Shown: positions 7,927 to 18,172, counted from the stretch's first letter. The stretch: DNA of 64,000 nt from Victivallis vadensis (GCA_945883805.1 CAMCYE010000006.1:10583-74582); one strand, 5' to 3'. A program made the numbers and translations. The notes: generated by a model not told the origin, from the sequence alone.

Positions 7927-9201
7927 ATGAACACCTTTTTAACAGACCTGTTTCTGGCATGGCGCTATCTGAAACCTAAGAGAAATGCGGTATCTTTCAT
8001 AACCTGCATTTCAATAATCGGCGTCACTCTCGGCGTCGGTGTCCTGATTGTCGTGCTTGCGGTCATGACCGGCTTCACCGACGAGATGAAGGAAAAGATG
8101 ATTGACACGATGGCCCATATCCAGATTATGGACATCCGTACCGGCTATGTTTCAAATCCCGACAAGATAATCAGATCCGTAAAGGCCCTCGACTGCAAGG
8201 CGTCTCCGGTCGTCTACAAGCATGCACTGATCCAGAAAGGCGAGCACCTCGTGCCGAAAACTGTGATCGGCATACGCCCCGACGAGGAACAGTCGAGCAT
8301 TGATGTTTCAAAATATGTTGTCTCCGGCAATTTCTCCCTCAAAAAAGGGGAGGCGATCATCAGCGACATAATAGCAGAAGAGCTCAACCTGAGGGTCGGC
8401 GACAAGATAATCCTGCATTCCCCCGCGAAAATAACGAAAATGTTCAAATACGAAGAGGGGAAAGGGTTCAAGTTCAACGATGAGAAATCAAAGGTGTTCC
8501 TCCCGGACGAATGTAAAATATCCGGAATCTTCACATTCGGTAAATATGATTTCGACAGCACTACGATCTTCGTGAACATCGACGACGCGAACGAGCTTTT
8601 TGAAATGCCCTGGGATTCCGCGACAGCAATATACATAAGAACGAAAGATCCGTTTCACCTCGACAACACCCTTGATTCGATACGGAAGGAACTGCCCAAT
8701 CTCCAGGTATACTCCTGGCAACAGATGAACAAACAGTTCCTGGGCGTACTTGAAGTTGAAAAAAACATGATGTTCTTCCTGCTCATCTTCATCGTGCTGG
8801 TCGCCGCTTTCAGCATATCTAACACGCTTATCACGGTGGTTCTCCAGAAAACCCGGGAGATAGGGCTGATCAAAGCGCTCGGCGCATCCCCTCTCACGAT
8901 CATGCGGACGTTCATCCTGCAAGGGTTCATCGTCGGGGTGCTGGGGACATTGGGAGGCGCGGTGTTCGGGCTTGCGGTCGTCCACTGGAGGAACCAGATC
9001 ATGCATCTTATGAGCGTTGTCTCCGGTCATGAATTTTTCCCGAAAAAATATTATTTCTTCAGCGAACTTCCGGCGCGCATCGTCGCCGGAGACCTGCTGG
9101 TCGTCTGTATCGTCTCAATCGTACTGTGCACCGTAGGCGCATTCCTGCCGGCATGGCGGGCGGCGCGGCTTGATCCTGTGAAGGCGCTGAGGTATGAATA
9201 A
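7927..9201 (+). CDS. lipoprotein-releasing system permease LolC/LolE family
   Basis: FtsX/MacB-type topology and a LAWRYLKPKRNAVSFI N-terminus typical of LolC/E. I preferred the ATG at 7927 over the upstream ORF start at 7882. Confidence 0.85.
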   Translation: MNTFLTDLFLAWRYLKPKRNAVSFITCISIIGVTLGVGVLIVVLAVMTGFTDEMKEKMIDTMAHIQIMDIRTGYVSNPDKIIRSVKALDCKASPVVYKHALIQKGEHLVPKTVIGIRPDEEQSSIDVSKYVVSGNFSLKKGEAIISDIIAEELNLRVGDKIILHSPAKITKMFKYEEGKGFKFNDEKSKVFLPDECKISGIFTFGKYDFDSTTIFVNIDDANELFEMPWDSATAIYIRTKDPFHLDNTLDSIRKELPNLQVYSWQQMNKQFLGVLEVEKNMMFFLLIFIVLVAAFSISNTLITVVLQKTREIGLIKALGASPLTIMRTFILQGFIVGVLGTLGGAVFGLAVVHWRNQIMHLMSVVSGHEFFPKKYYFFSELPARIVAGDLLVVCIVSIVLCTVGAFLPAWRAARLDPVKALRYE

Positions 9202-9251
9202 TACGTAGTTGCGCTCCGTATAAATAAAATTATCATTTGGAGAAAAATTTG

Positions 9252-9399
9252 AATTAAGCGGCCAAAGCGCCGCAACTTTAAAAATCTGAACATCGAACAC
9301 TGAACATCGAACTTCCAACTTCGAATGAATTCAGTTTTAATTCGATGTTCGATGTTCAAAGTTGAATGTTGGATGTTCATCTCTTTGAAATTCCTATAC
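9252..9399. repeat. mosaic intergenic repeat: conserved module + heptamer-array hairpin + conserved module
   Basis: AATTAAGCGGCCAAAGCGCCGCAAC (9252-9276). Heptamer arms GAACATC GAACACT GAACATC GAACTTC CAACTTC GAAT (9288-9326) and the inverted arm (9340-9378), pairing at about 31 of 39 positions. TTTGAAATTCCTATAC (9384-9399) is also present at 18491-18506 (reverse complement) and 47998-48013. Confidence 0.85.
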
Positions 9400-9453
9400 C
9401 TTTAAATATGCTGAAAATTTTTAAAACCAATTCTAATTCGGTGGACGAAACCT

Positions 9454-10155
9454 ATGAGCGATAATTTTATACAGGTCAGAGCGGTACACAAGAACTACCG
9501 GGTGGAGAAAACCGAAATACTGGTTCTCCGCGGTGTCAACCTTACGGTCAGAAAAGGCGAATGGATCGCCCTGCTCGGCGCTTCCGGAAGCGGGAAAACC
9601 ACTCTGCTCAACATCATCGGGGCTCTCGAAAAACCGGACAACGGCGAAATTATTTTCGACGGAATGAACTATGCCGCGATGACTAGAGAAAAGACTTCCG
9701 ACTTCCGCTGCAGCAAAGTCGGTTTCATTTTCCAGGCATACCACATGCTTCCCGAGCTTACGATTCTTGAAAATGTGAAACTGCCCGCCATGCTCAAAGG
9801 CAGGCACGGCGAAAAAGTGACTGCAGAAGCGCGTGAACTCCTCCGCAAAGTCGGCCTTGGCCACCGGCTCGCCCACAAGCCCGCCGAACTTTCCGGAGGA
9901 GAACAGCAAAGGGCGGCAATCGCAAGATCTCTCATCAACTCGCCACTGCTTATTTTAGCCGATGAGCCGACCGGGAACCTTGATTCGAAAACTGGAGGGG
10001 AGATACTTGAAATTTTCCAAAACCTGCATGATAGTGTTTCCGGTGAAACAATAATCATGGTAACTCATGACCCGGACGTTGCGGCAATGGCGGACCGCAT
10101 CATCCACATGAGGGACGGAGTCATCGCCGAGTCAGCCTACCCCAAGGAGAGTTGA
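9454..10155 (+). CDS. lolD: lipoprotein-releasing system ATP-binding protein LolD
   Basis: Walker A GASGSGKTT, signature LSGGEQQR, Walker B LILADEPT. It lies next to the LolC/E permease. Confidence 0.85.
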   Translation: MSDNFIQVRAVHKNYRVEKTEILVLRGVNLTVRKGEWIALLGASGSGKTTLLNIIGALEKPDNGEIIFDGMNYAAMTREKTSDFRCSKVGFIFQAYHMLPELTILENVKLPAMLKGRHGEKVTAEARELLRKVGLGHRLAHKPAELSGGEQQRAAIARSLINSPLLILADEPTGNLDSKTGGEILEIFQNLHDSVSGETIIMVTHDPDVAAMADRIIHMRDGVIAESAYPKES

Positions 10156-10156
10156 C

Positions 10157-10720
10157 ATGATTTGCGAAGTATGCAATAAAAATGAAGCCACCATCCATAT
10201 ACAGGAAATTGTGAACTCGCAGAAGAAGTCCCTTCACATCTGCCAGGACTGCGCCTCAAAGAAGAAAGGCGCCAACAGCCTCCTGAACGGTCTCAACCTT
10301 GCAGACATCCTATATAACATATCCGCCAACATACCCGCTCCGGAAAAGTCGCCTGCAGACGGCGCCGACCAGTCAATTGCACCCTCCTCCGTGATAACGT
10401 GTGAAAAATGCGGATGGTCCACCGTCAAATTCAGGGAGAAGGGCCGGCTCGGATGCGCCGAATGCTACAACGTCTTCAAAGACATACTATCCCTCGCCTT
10501 TAAAAACATGCACAAGGGAACAATGCACGTCGGCAAACGCCCCGGCGTCCCCAGTAGGGAGACCGACGAGGACACACGCAACGCTATCGAACTTATGAAG
10601 CTGCAGAAACAGCTCGAAGAACATATCCTCCGGGAGGAATTTGAAAAAGCCGCAGAACTCAGGGATAAAATAGCATCTTTGAAAAACACCAAAAAGACAA
10701 AAAAAACAGCAAAGCGGTAA
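10157..10720 (+). CDS. mcsA: protein arginine kinase activator McsA (UVR-domain zinc-finger protein)
   Basis: N-terminal CEVCN...CQDCA and CEKCG...CAECY zinc ribbons. C-terminal UVR motif EEFEKAAELRDKIASLK. AAGGAG lies upstream, and the start is 1 nt after the lolD stop. Confidence 0.8.
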   Translation: MICEVCNKNEATIHIQEIVNSQKKSLHICQDCASKKKGANSLLNGLNLADILYNISANIPAPEKSPADGADQSIAPSSVITCEKCGWSTVKFREKGRLGCAECYNVFKDILSLAFKNMHKGTMHVGKRPGVPSRETDEDTRNAIELMKLQKQLEEHILREEFEKAAELRDKIASLKNTKKTKKTAKR

Positions 10721-10723
10721 ATC

Positions 10724-11794
10724 ATGCCGGACAATCCATTTGACAATTTATTCGAAAAAAGGGTAAGCTGGCTCGCCGACAGCGGACCGGAGGACGATAT
10801 CGCAATAAGCTCAAGGATCAGGCTGGCCAGAAACCTGAAGAATATCCCGTTCCCTTCGAACGCATCCCCCGACAACCTGGATTCCACGATGGCGGCGGTG
10901 CTGCTGTCCGTTGAAAAATCAAAATGCTTCAAGAAATTCTACGAGATTGACATGACGAAACTGGCACCTCTCGACAGACAGGTGCTTCTCGAGCGCAGGA
11001 TGATAAGCCGTGAATTCTATGAGAAAAAAAAGAATTTCGCACTCGTCATGACAGAAGATGAAATATCTTCAATCATGATCAACGAGGAGGATCATCTGAG
11101 AATGCAGACGATCCTCTCCGGTCTCCGTCTCGGCGAAGTCTGGAACATGATAGACAAGATAGACGATTCCCTTTCCGCACAGCTTCCCTTCGCTTTTGAT
11201 GAAAATATCGGATATCTCACTTCATGCCCGACAAATGTCGGGACCGGGATGAGGGCTTCTGTGATGCTTCATCTTCCCGGGCTTGTCCTATGCGAACAGA
11301 TTGCCGCCGTCATCCAAGCGGTAAACAAGCTCGGACTTGCCGTAAGGGGCATTTTCGGAGAGGGAACCGAAAGCCTCGGCAACCTCTTCCAGATTTCCAA
11401 CCAGAGCACGCTCGGCGAATCCGAACCGCAGATCATCGAAAAACTAGAATCTGTCATCCGACAGATCATAAATCATGAAAAAAATTCACGCCAGAAACTC
11501 CTGCAGAACCGGCGGGAGTTCTTGATGAACCAGATAGGGAGGGCCTACGGCATACTCAGGCATTCCTACATCATCACCAGCGAGGAAACACTTAATTCCC
11601 TTTCCGCACTGAGACTCGGAGTCGACATGGGCATGTTCGCATCGGTGGACATACATACGGTGAACGAGCTTTTCGTCATCGTACAGCCCGGACATCTCCA
11701 GAAATACGCCGGGAAGGAACTTGACATGCCCGAAAGGGACGCCTTCCGTGCTACGGTAATAAGGGAAAGACTGAAATCATCGGAGAAAAAATAA
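10724..11794 (+). CDS. mcsB: protein arginine kinase McsB (ATP:guanido phosphotransferase)
   Basis: Guanido-kinase signature CPTNVGTGMRASVMLHLPGL. 356 aa. It lies directly downstream of mcsA. Confidence 0.88.
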   Translation: MPDNPFDNLFEKRVSWLADSGPEDDIAISSRIRLARNLKNIPFPSNASPDNLDSTMAAVLLSVEKSKCFKKFYEIDMTKLAPLDRQVLLERRMISREFYEKKKNFALVMTEDEISSIMINEEDHLRMQTILSGLRLGEVWNMIDKIDDSLSAQLPFAFDENIGYLTSCPTNVGTGMRASVMLHLPGLVLCEQIAAVIQAVNKLGLAVRGIFGEGTESLGNLFQISNQSTLGESEPQIIEKLESVIRQIINHEKNSRQKLLQNRREFLMNQIGRAYGILRHSYIITSEETLNSLSALRLGVDMGMFASVDIHTVNELFVIVQPGHLQKYAGKELDMPERDAFRATVIRERLKSSEKK

Positions 11795-11820
11795 CCCCGG
11801 TTTCACAGTCCGAGATTGCA

Positions 11821-11851
11821 AATCGGAAATCGGAAATCGGAAATCGGAAAT
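11821..11851. repeat. perfect heptamer tandem repeat (AATCGGA)x4.4 abutting the kinase start codon
   Basis: AATCGGAAATCGGAAATCGGAAATCGGAAAT ends 2 nt before the ATG at 11854. Confidence 0.95.
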
Positions 11852-11853
11852 AA

Positions 11854-13815
11854 ATGGAAACATCGATCACCTGCATTCTGGCCCTTCTGGAGATGACCTT
11901 CATTTTTGTCGGTCTTCTGCTTCTTCACGGGCTCAGGAAAGTAATCGGATCAGCCGCCTTCTACATCGCAATAGGGCTCCTCCTCATCTTCACACAACTT
12001 GTAAGCGCCACCGAACTCAAGGTGATCATCGGCTTCCCCGGAGCCGACTTCTACATTGCGCCAAGCGTCCTCTTCCTGCCCTATCTTGCGGCCCTCATGG
12101 TCGTTTACATAACGGAAGGAACCCTCGTCACGCAGCGGCTGATCATCGGAGCGATGGCGACTCTCGGCTTCTATGTGTATCTCAGCCACCTCACCGGAAT
12201 CCAGTGCGGATGGGAAGGGTTCACCATTTCACAAGGGCCTTCGGCTGATTCTTTCGAATACCTTCTCAGGAACAGCCAGCGAACCATGGCAAGCTCGATA
12301 CTGGCTCAGTCAATCGACCTCTTTTTAATACCGATCTTCTTCCAAAGACTGAGAAACCTTAAATGCAGGCTGTTTTTTTCCGTGCTCGGTTCGCTGATGC
12401 TCACACAACTTGTCGACACGTTCATTTATTCGTTCGTATGTTTCTGGGGCGAGCCACAACTCTGGGTCTATCTCAGTTCATCCTACATCGCAAAGGCTTT
12501 TTTCACAATCTGGCTGAGTGTCATCGCCACCATATACCTGTCAAAGATTGAAACCGAAATGCCAAGGGAGGGACGTACCCTCGACATCGTTTTCGCCTTC
12601 CTGGGAAGCTACGGGAAAAACCTGGCGCTGGAAAAGAACATCCAGGAATGGGAAGGGCGCTACAGGACAGTCATAGAAAATGCCAGCGACACGATTGTCC
12701 TCCTCAACCGCGAAGGGGAAATCCTCGATGTAAATAACTCGGCCCTCAGCATTTTCGAATATAAGAATAAGAAAAACATCATCGGGAAGAAATTCCCCGA
12801 AATGCTGACTGATACTGCCGAATGCCCCTTCAACATGGAATCCTTCTGGGATGAGACCCTGACGAAGATCCGACCCGGAGAACAGCCCCGCATGCACAAC
12901 GCCCAAATCCACGCCCTTTCGTCTTCCGGCAAAAAAATAGAACTCGACGTGTCCATCAACGTGATAGAAGTGGAAAAAGTGCAGGTACTCATCATTTTCG
13001 GGAGAGACGTCACTGAACGCAATCTCCTCAACCGCGAAAAACAGGAACTCGGAGATGAGCTCGCCCACGCACAGAGGCTGGAGTCAGTGGGCCAGCTCGC
13101 AGGCGGCGTCGCCCACGACTTCAACAATTACCTGCACGCAATCCAGGGAAATCTCGACATCCTCCTGTTCATGCACGACATCGAGGACAAGAAGATAATA
13201 AAACATCTCAACAGGATAAACGACATTACCAACCAGGCGGCAAAACTGACCCAGGCTCTCCTGGGCTTCGCAAGAAAGGGAAAATATCACGAGGAGATAC
13301 TCGACCTCTCGAAACTCATGAATGAAACTGTCGAACTCTTCAGTCCGCAGTCGCTTGTGAATATCGAACTCAATGTTGATATAGACAAGGTCAGGATGAC
13401 TATCAAGTGTGACTCCGTCCAGCTCAAACAGGTCTTCCTGAACATGCTTATCAATGCAAGGGACGCAGTTGAGAGCAAATCCGGGAAGACCTCTAAAATC
13501 GTACTGGAAGCCAAGTCCGCCACGGCTTACAGAAATAAATTTTTCCCGCCTCCTGAAAGGGAAAACGCCACACCGGAATCATTCCTCTGCGTCAAAATAC
13601 AGGACAACGGAATAGGAATGGACAAAGATATCCTAGACAGGATATATGACCCCTTCTTCACCACAAAACCGATAGGCAAGGGAACCGGAATGGGTCTTGC
13701 CATGGCGTACGGGGCCATCACGAACCACCACGGCTGGATCTATGTTGAAAGCGAGGAAGGTAACGGCACTACTTTCCATATTTTCCTGCCGCGCTACACG
13801 AACAAGACAAATTAG
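11854..13815 (+). CDS. sensor histidine kinase with polytopic N-terminal membrane domain (YhhQ/Vut-like), PAS, HisKA and HATPase domains
   Basis: H-box LAGGVAHDFNNYL. ATPase boxes QDNGIGM and GKGTGMGL. PAS-like region around residues 260-390. The N-terminal 230 aa are hydrophobic and contain QLVDTFIYSFVCFWG. Confidence 0.85.
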   Translation: METSITCILALLEMTFIFVGLLLLHGLRKVIGSAAFYIAIGLLLIFTQLVSATELKVIIGFPGADFYIAPSVLFLPYLAALMVVYITEGTLVTQRLIIGAMATLGFYVYLSHLTGIQCGWEGFTISQGPSADSFEYLLRNSQRTMASSILAQSIDLFLIPIFFQRLRNLKCRLFFSVLGSLMLTQLVDTFIYSFVCFWGEPQLWVYLSSSYIAKAFFTIWLSVIATIYLSKIETEMPREGRTLDIVFAFLGSYGKNLALEKNIQEWEGRYRTVIENASDTIVLLNREGEILDVNNSALSIFEYKNKKNIIGKKFPEMLTDTAECPFNMESFWDETLTKIRPGEQPRMHNAQIHALSSSGKKIELDVSINVIEVEKVQVLIIFGRDVTERNLLNREKQELGDELAHAQRLESVGQLAGGVAHDFNNYLHAIQGNLDILLFMHDIEDKKIIKHLNRINDITNQAAKLTQALLGFARKGKYHEEILDLSKLMNETVELFSPQSLVNIELNVDIDKVRMTIKCDSVQLKQVFLNMLINARDAVESKSGKTSKIVLEAKSATAYRNKFFPPPERENATPESFLCVKIQDNGIGMDKDILDRIYDPFFTTKPIGKGTGMGLAMAYGAITNHHGWIYVESEEGNGTTFHIFLPRYTNKTN

Positions 13816-13841
13816 ATGCGAGAATTGCATAAGGAGCCAGG

Positions 13842-16800
13842 ATGTCAAATATTCTAATCAACCAGCTTGATTACATTTATTTCTTTTACGGCTTTGCCTT
13901 AATACTTCTCGGCGTAATATGCCTTTCAGCCAAAATTTCCGGAAAGAATCTGCCCGTCAGGATTCTTGGCCTGTTCGGCATCATCCATGGCACTAGCGAG
14001 TGGCTGGAAATGATTGCCGTAAGCCTTGGAGACAATTACAAATTTTCTTTTCTCAGGCTTTTTTTGCTGATCCTGTCCTATATTTTCCTTTTTGAGTTTG
14101 GACGAAAAGCCCTTTTCGGCAGGAAGTATTTCTTCGTCCTTATCATTTTAGTCGTCCTAGCATCTTTAGGCGGATTCGCCGATATCAAAGGTTTAAACAT
14201 TTCAATCCGGTACGCCATAGGTTTTACGGGCGGACTGCTCGCGTCAATCGCACTTTTCAGAGAGTCAATGAATTTCCCGGCTGCCAGAAAATCCATGATT
14301 TCTGCCGGATCCGCCATGTTGGTTTACGCAATATCGACCTGCATTGTCATTCCTCATTCAAATTTCTTCCCCGCCTCCATGATAAACCAGGACGCCTTCA
14401 TTAACCTTTTCGGCTTCCCCGTTCAACTCCTCCGAGGTCTGCTGGCCTGCCTGATTACCGCTTCAATATGGGGCTACACTGAAAAAGCGAGAATCGATCT
14501 TCACGGCTTGCACATCGAAAGGAAAAAAGACTACACCGCATGGATTAGCATTGTTCTTTTCGTGACATTGTCAGGCGGATGGACAGTAACGGAAATACAG
14601 GGTCGGGAAGAATATAAGAGCCGGATATCCAACATATTGAAAATAGCAAGGACTGGTGTGGCGGCAATCAACAGCGACAGCGTGAGGAATCTTATGGCTA
14701 TTCCAAGAGATATCAACAGGCCTGACTACATAAGATTAAAAAAACAGCTCACGGAAATAAGGGAAGTCACTCCTGAATTCAGGTTTTTTTATATTACGGC
14801 AATGATTGACGGAAAGGTTATTTTCCTCCTGGACTCCGAACCCCCGGAATCCAAGGATTATTCCGCGCCCGGAGATTTTTACAGCGATGCCCCGCGCGGA
14901 CTGAAAAATGTGTTTTCAACAAAAAAATCCGCCGTCACAGGTCCCTACAAGGACAAATGGGGTGAGTGGATTTCCGGATTTGTCCCCATTCTCGGTGAAG
15001 ACGGAAAGCTGGTCGCAGTAGCAGGAATTGACACAAACGCCTATGAAACAAAAAGGGCTGTCGCTATTGGCAGACTCAAGCCAATCGCCATTACCGCTCT
15101 CCTCTGCCTCCTCTTCGTTTCAGTACTCATCTACATCAAACGCATGATGGAATCGGAAGCTCTTATCACCGCAAGTGAATTAAAATACAGAAGCCAGTTC
15201 ACGGAAAACCAGGCCGTAATGCTAATCGTGGATCCTTTAACCCAGCAGATACTGGACGCCAATCCGGCAGCATGCAATTTCTATGGATACAGTTTCAATG
15301 AACTGACTTCCAAGCATATAAACGAAATAAACATATTCCCGGGCGAAAAATTCAACGGCGGGGAGACCGAAAGACGCATACGCAATTCGAACGTGGAAAC
15401 ATTCATTCACAGGCTTGCCAACGGAGAAAAAAGGGATGTTGAAGTTTATAACAGCCAGGTGACCGGCGGTGACCGGGTGCTCCTCAGCATGATTGTGTTC
15501 GACATTACAAAACGTAGGATGGCCGAAGAATTCCTCCGGGAAAGCGAAAACAAGTTCAGGGAGCTTATCGAAGGACTCCCTTCAGGTGTAATTTTATTTT
15601 CTTCCGACATGACCATCTTCCTCGCTAATGCGAAGGCTTATGAAATGTTCATTTTCAAACCAGACAAGCGGCTTTCCGATAATCTGGTCATCGACCCGGA
15701 AGTCCTTTTCATCAATGAGGATGGAACCGCGTTATCACTCGTCAGCCTGATTTCTGAAAAAATCTTCAAATCCACCGAAAGCCTCAGGGACAAAGTGGTC
15801 GGGATCAACAAGGGCGGAAGCACTACTTTATGGGCTCTCCTGAACATGTACCCTTCCTTCGACTATGCCGGCCAGCATGCTAGGGCTGTCGTAACCTTCA
15901 CAGACATAAGCGAATTGAAAAAAATTCAGAATGAACTCATGAATTCAAAATCAGAGACGGAAAAAATAAATTTGCAGCTTGCGACGGCTGTAGAAAAAGC
16001 AAATGAATACGCCTTGAAAGCCAGGGAGGCGAACCAGGCAAAATCCGAATTCCTCGCCAACATGAGCCATGAAATCAGGACTCCGATGAACGGAGTCATC
16101 GGCATGACAGGACTGCTCCTCGACACAAAACTCACCTCCGAGCAGAAAGAATACGCGGAAACGGTCAGGATCTGCGGTGAAACACTCATGACTCTTATCA
16201 ACGATATTCTCGATTTCTCCAAAGTGGAAGCTGGAAAACTCGATTTTGAAACCCTCGACTTCGACCTGCGCACAACCATCGAGGAAATCAGCGACCTCCT
16301 CGCCCTTAAGGCACAGGACAAACAGCTTGAACTCATCTGCATGATTGAACCGGAAGTCCCCTTAATGCTACGCGGCGACTCCGGAAGGCTGAGGCAGATA
16401 ATATTGAATCTCGCAGGCAATGCGATCAAGTTTACAAGAAAAGGCGAAGTCGCCATAAAAGTCAGACGCGAATACGAGACGGAAAAACAGGCTGTGCTCA
16501 GAGTGGAAGTCTCCGATACCGGCATCGGCATACCAGAAGACCGGATAAATGTTCTTTTCACGCCGTTCACCCAGGCGGATGCATCAACAACACGCCAATT
16601 TGGCGGAACAGGGCTCGGACTCGCCATATCAAAGAAACTTGTCGAACTTATGGGCGGAACCATAGGAATCAACAGCAAAGAGGGGGAAGGATCCACTTTC
16701 TGGTTCGTCATTCCTTTTGAAAAACAGGCCGAAGGCAACGCTCCCCCAGTCAAAACTACACAAACTGACATAGCAGGACTGAAAATCCTGGTAGTGGACG

Positions 16801-17612
16801 ACAATGAAACAAGCCGAAGACTCCTGGCTCTTCTCCTCGATTCCTGGAAATGCAGGCATGACGAAGTCTCCTCCGGAAGCATAGGCATCAAGAAAATAGC
16901 ACAGGCCATAGAGGAACATGACCCATATAAAATCGCAATCCTAGACATGCAGATGCCGGAAATAGACGGTGAATCGCTCGGCATGAAAATAAAAACCAAT
17001 CCGCTCACTTGCAACACAATGCTCATAATGCTGACTTCACTGGCAATGCGCGGGGATGCCGAAAGACTCAACAGATACGGGTTTTCGGCGTATCTTACGA
17101 AACCAGTGAAAAAATTACAACTCTTCGACTGTCTCTCAACCCTGCTGGGAACCGTCATAACATCAAACGTAAGCCCCGACAATACTGTGGCAAAATATCC
17201 GCACGCTTCACATATCACCTCCAAAATCCGCATCCTTCTCGCCGAAGACAATGTCACAAACCAGAAGGTTGCACTGGCAATGCTAGCAAAACTCGGATAT
17301 TCGGCTGACGCCGTAGCCAATGGGAAAGAGGCGATAAGGGAGCTGGAATACATTCCCTATGACATAGTCCTGATGGACTGCCAGATGCCGGAAATGAACG
17401 GATATGAGGCTGCAGTCATAATCAGAAGCAAAGATTCAAATGTCCTAAACCGCAAAGTAGTCATAATCGCCATGACGGCAAACTCAACGAACAGCGACCG
17501 GGAAGAATGCCTGAAAGCGGGCATGAATGACTATATCTCAAAACCTGTCATACCCTCAGAACTTTCCAGAATCCTCGGCAAATGGGTTCAGATAATCAGT
17601 GAGAAAAATTAG
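13842..17612 (+). CDS. hybrid sensor histidine kinase (membrane domain, Cache-like extracytoplasmic domain, 2 PAS, HisKA, HATPase, 2 receiver domains)
   Basis: H-box [26 protein letters not shown] and [10 protein letters not shown] boxes. Receiver domains start at [10 protein letters not shown] and [16 protein letters not shown] lies upstream. Confidence 0.9.
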   Translation: MSNILINQLDYIYFFYGFALILLGVICLSAKISGKNLPVRILGLFGIIHGTSEWLEMIAVSLGDNYKFSFLRLFLLILSYIFLFEFGRKALFGRKYFFVLIILVVLASLGGFADIKGLNISIRYAIGFTGGLLASIALFRESMNFPAARKSMISAGSAMLVYAISTCIVIPHSNFFPASMINQDAFINLFGFPVQLLRGLLACLITASIWGYTEKARIDLHGLHIERKKDYTAWISIVLFVTLSGGWTVTEIQGREEYKSRISNILKIARTGVAAINSDSVRNLMAIPRDINRPDYIRLKKQLTEIREVTPEFRFFYITAMIDGKVIFLLDSEPPESKDYSAPGDFYSDAPRGLKNVFSTKKSAVTGPYKDKWGEWISGFVPILGEDGKLVAVAGIDTNAYETKRAVAIGRLKPIAITALLCLLFVSVLIYIKRMMESEALITASELKYRSQFTENQAVMLIVDPLTQQILDANPAACNFYGYSFNELTSKHINEINIFPGEKFNGGETERRIRNSNVETFIHRLANGEKRDVEVYNSQVTGGDRVLLSMIVFDITKRRMAEEFLRESENKFRELIEGLPSGVILFSSDMTIFLANAKAYEMFIFKPDKRLSDNLVIDPEVLFINEDGTALSLVSLISEKIFKSTESLRDKVVGINKGGSTTLWALLNMYPSFDYAGQHARAVVTFTDISELKKIQNELMNSKSETEKINLQLATAVEKANEYALKAREANQAKSEFLANMSHEIRTPMNGVIGMTGLLLDTKLTSEQKEYAETVRICGETLMTLINDILDFSKVEAGKLDFETLDFDLRTTIEEISDLLALKAQDKQLELICMIEPEVPLMLRGDSGRLRQIILNLAGNAIKFTRKGEVAIKVRREYETEKQAVLRVEVSDTGIGIPEDRINVLFTPFTQADASTTRQFGGTGLGLAISKKLVELMGGTIGINSKEGEGSTFWFVIPFEKQAEGNAPPVKTTQTDIAGLKILVVDDNETSRRLLALLLDSWKCRHDEVSSGSIGIKKIAQAIEEHDPYKIAILDMQMPEIDGESLGMKIKTNPLTCNTMLIMLTSLAMRGDAERLNRYGFSAYLTKPVKKLQLFDCLSTLLGTVITSNVSPDNTVAKYPHASHITSKIRILLAEDNVTNQKVALAMLAKLGYSADAVANGKEAIRELEYIPYDIVLMDCQMPEMNGYEAAVIIRSKDSNVLNRKVVIIAMTANSTNSDREECLKAGMNDYISKPVIPSELSRILGKWVQIISEKN

Positions 17613-17787
17613 TTAGATGGCCGAACCCGAGATTTCAAACAGAACAAATACACCAACGATATGAGCAATGGAAGCCCGATTACGCCTTCAACTTCGCTGG
17701 CAAGGGTGCAACGGTTCATTGAATACCACAGAAAGAACTTGATTATGCAAGAAAAATAGTCATGGAACTTAAAAGACAAGGAGGTTT

Positions 17788-18123
17788 ATGATGAAAACTG
17801 ATAATACTGTCAAGGAAGATGTAAAAACCGTGATCGCTAACTTTGATAAACTTTATTCCGAAAGACAGGAAAACAGGAAGAAACTGCTTTCCAATCCGAA
17901 GGCAAGACAGGTTTACAATGAAACGGATATTGCCATACAGGTTGCAAAGGTTCTAAGCAAGGCAAGAAAGGAGAGCCATTTGACGCAGACGGAAATTGCA
18001 AAGAAGCTACATACCACGCAATCCAGCTTGGCAAGGATTGAAAACGGTCAGAATATAACATTGAACACACTTGCCTCATTTGCTGCCGCCTGTGGCAAGG
18101 CTGTCAGAATCCAGCTTGTTTAA
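17788..18123 (+). CDS. XRE-family helix-turn-helix protein (antitoxin-like, orphan)
   Basis: HTH LTQTEIAKKLHTTQSSLARIENGQN preceded by a ~50-aa N-terminal extension. AGGAGG lies upstream, and the second ATG at 17791 has better spacing. Confidence 0.75.
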   Translation: MMKTDNTVKEDVKTVIANFDKLYSERQENRKKLLSNPKARQVYNETDIAIQVAKVLSKARKESHLTQTEIAKKLHTTQSSLARIENGQNITLNTLASFAAACGKAVRIQLV

Positions 18124-18137
18124 TGTTGAAAGCAGAT

Positions 18138-18172
18138 GCAGGCATCCTGTGGGATGCCTGCGTTTCGTTGTT
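18138..18172 (+). terminator. intrinsic terminator after the XRE gene
   Basis: 10-bp perfect stem GCAGGCATCC / GGATGCCTGC with loop TGTG, followed by the T-rich GTTTCGTTGTT. Confidence 0.7.

Noticed and set aside
15926-17353. 475-aa ORF on the minus strand, inside the hybrid histidine kinase gene
   Set aside because: It is antisense to a gene with unambiguous HisKA, HATPase and receiver motifs. Its translation is Ser-rich and low-complexity with no recognisable motif. It is a typical shadow ORF.
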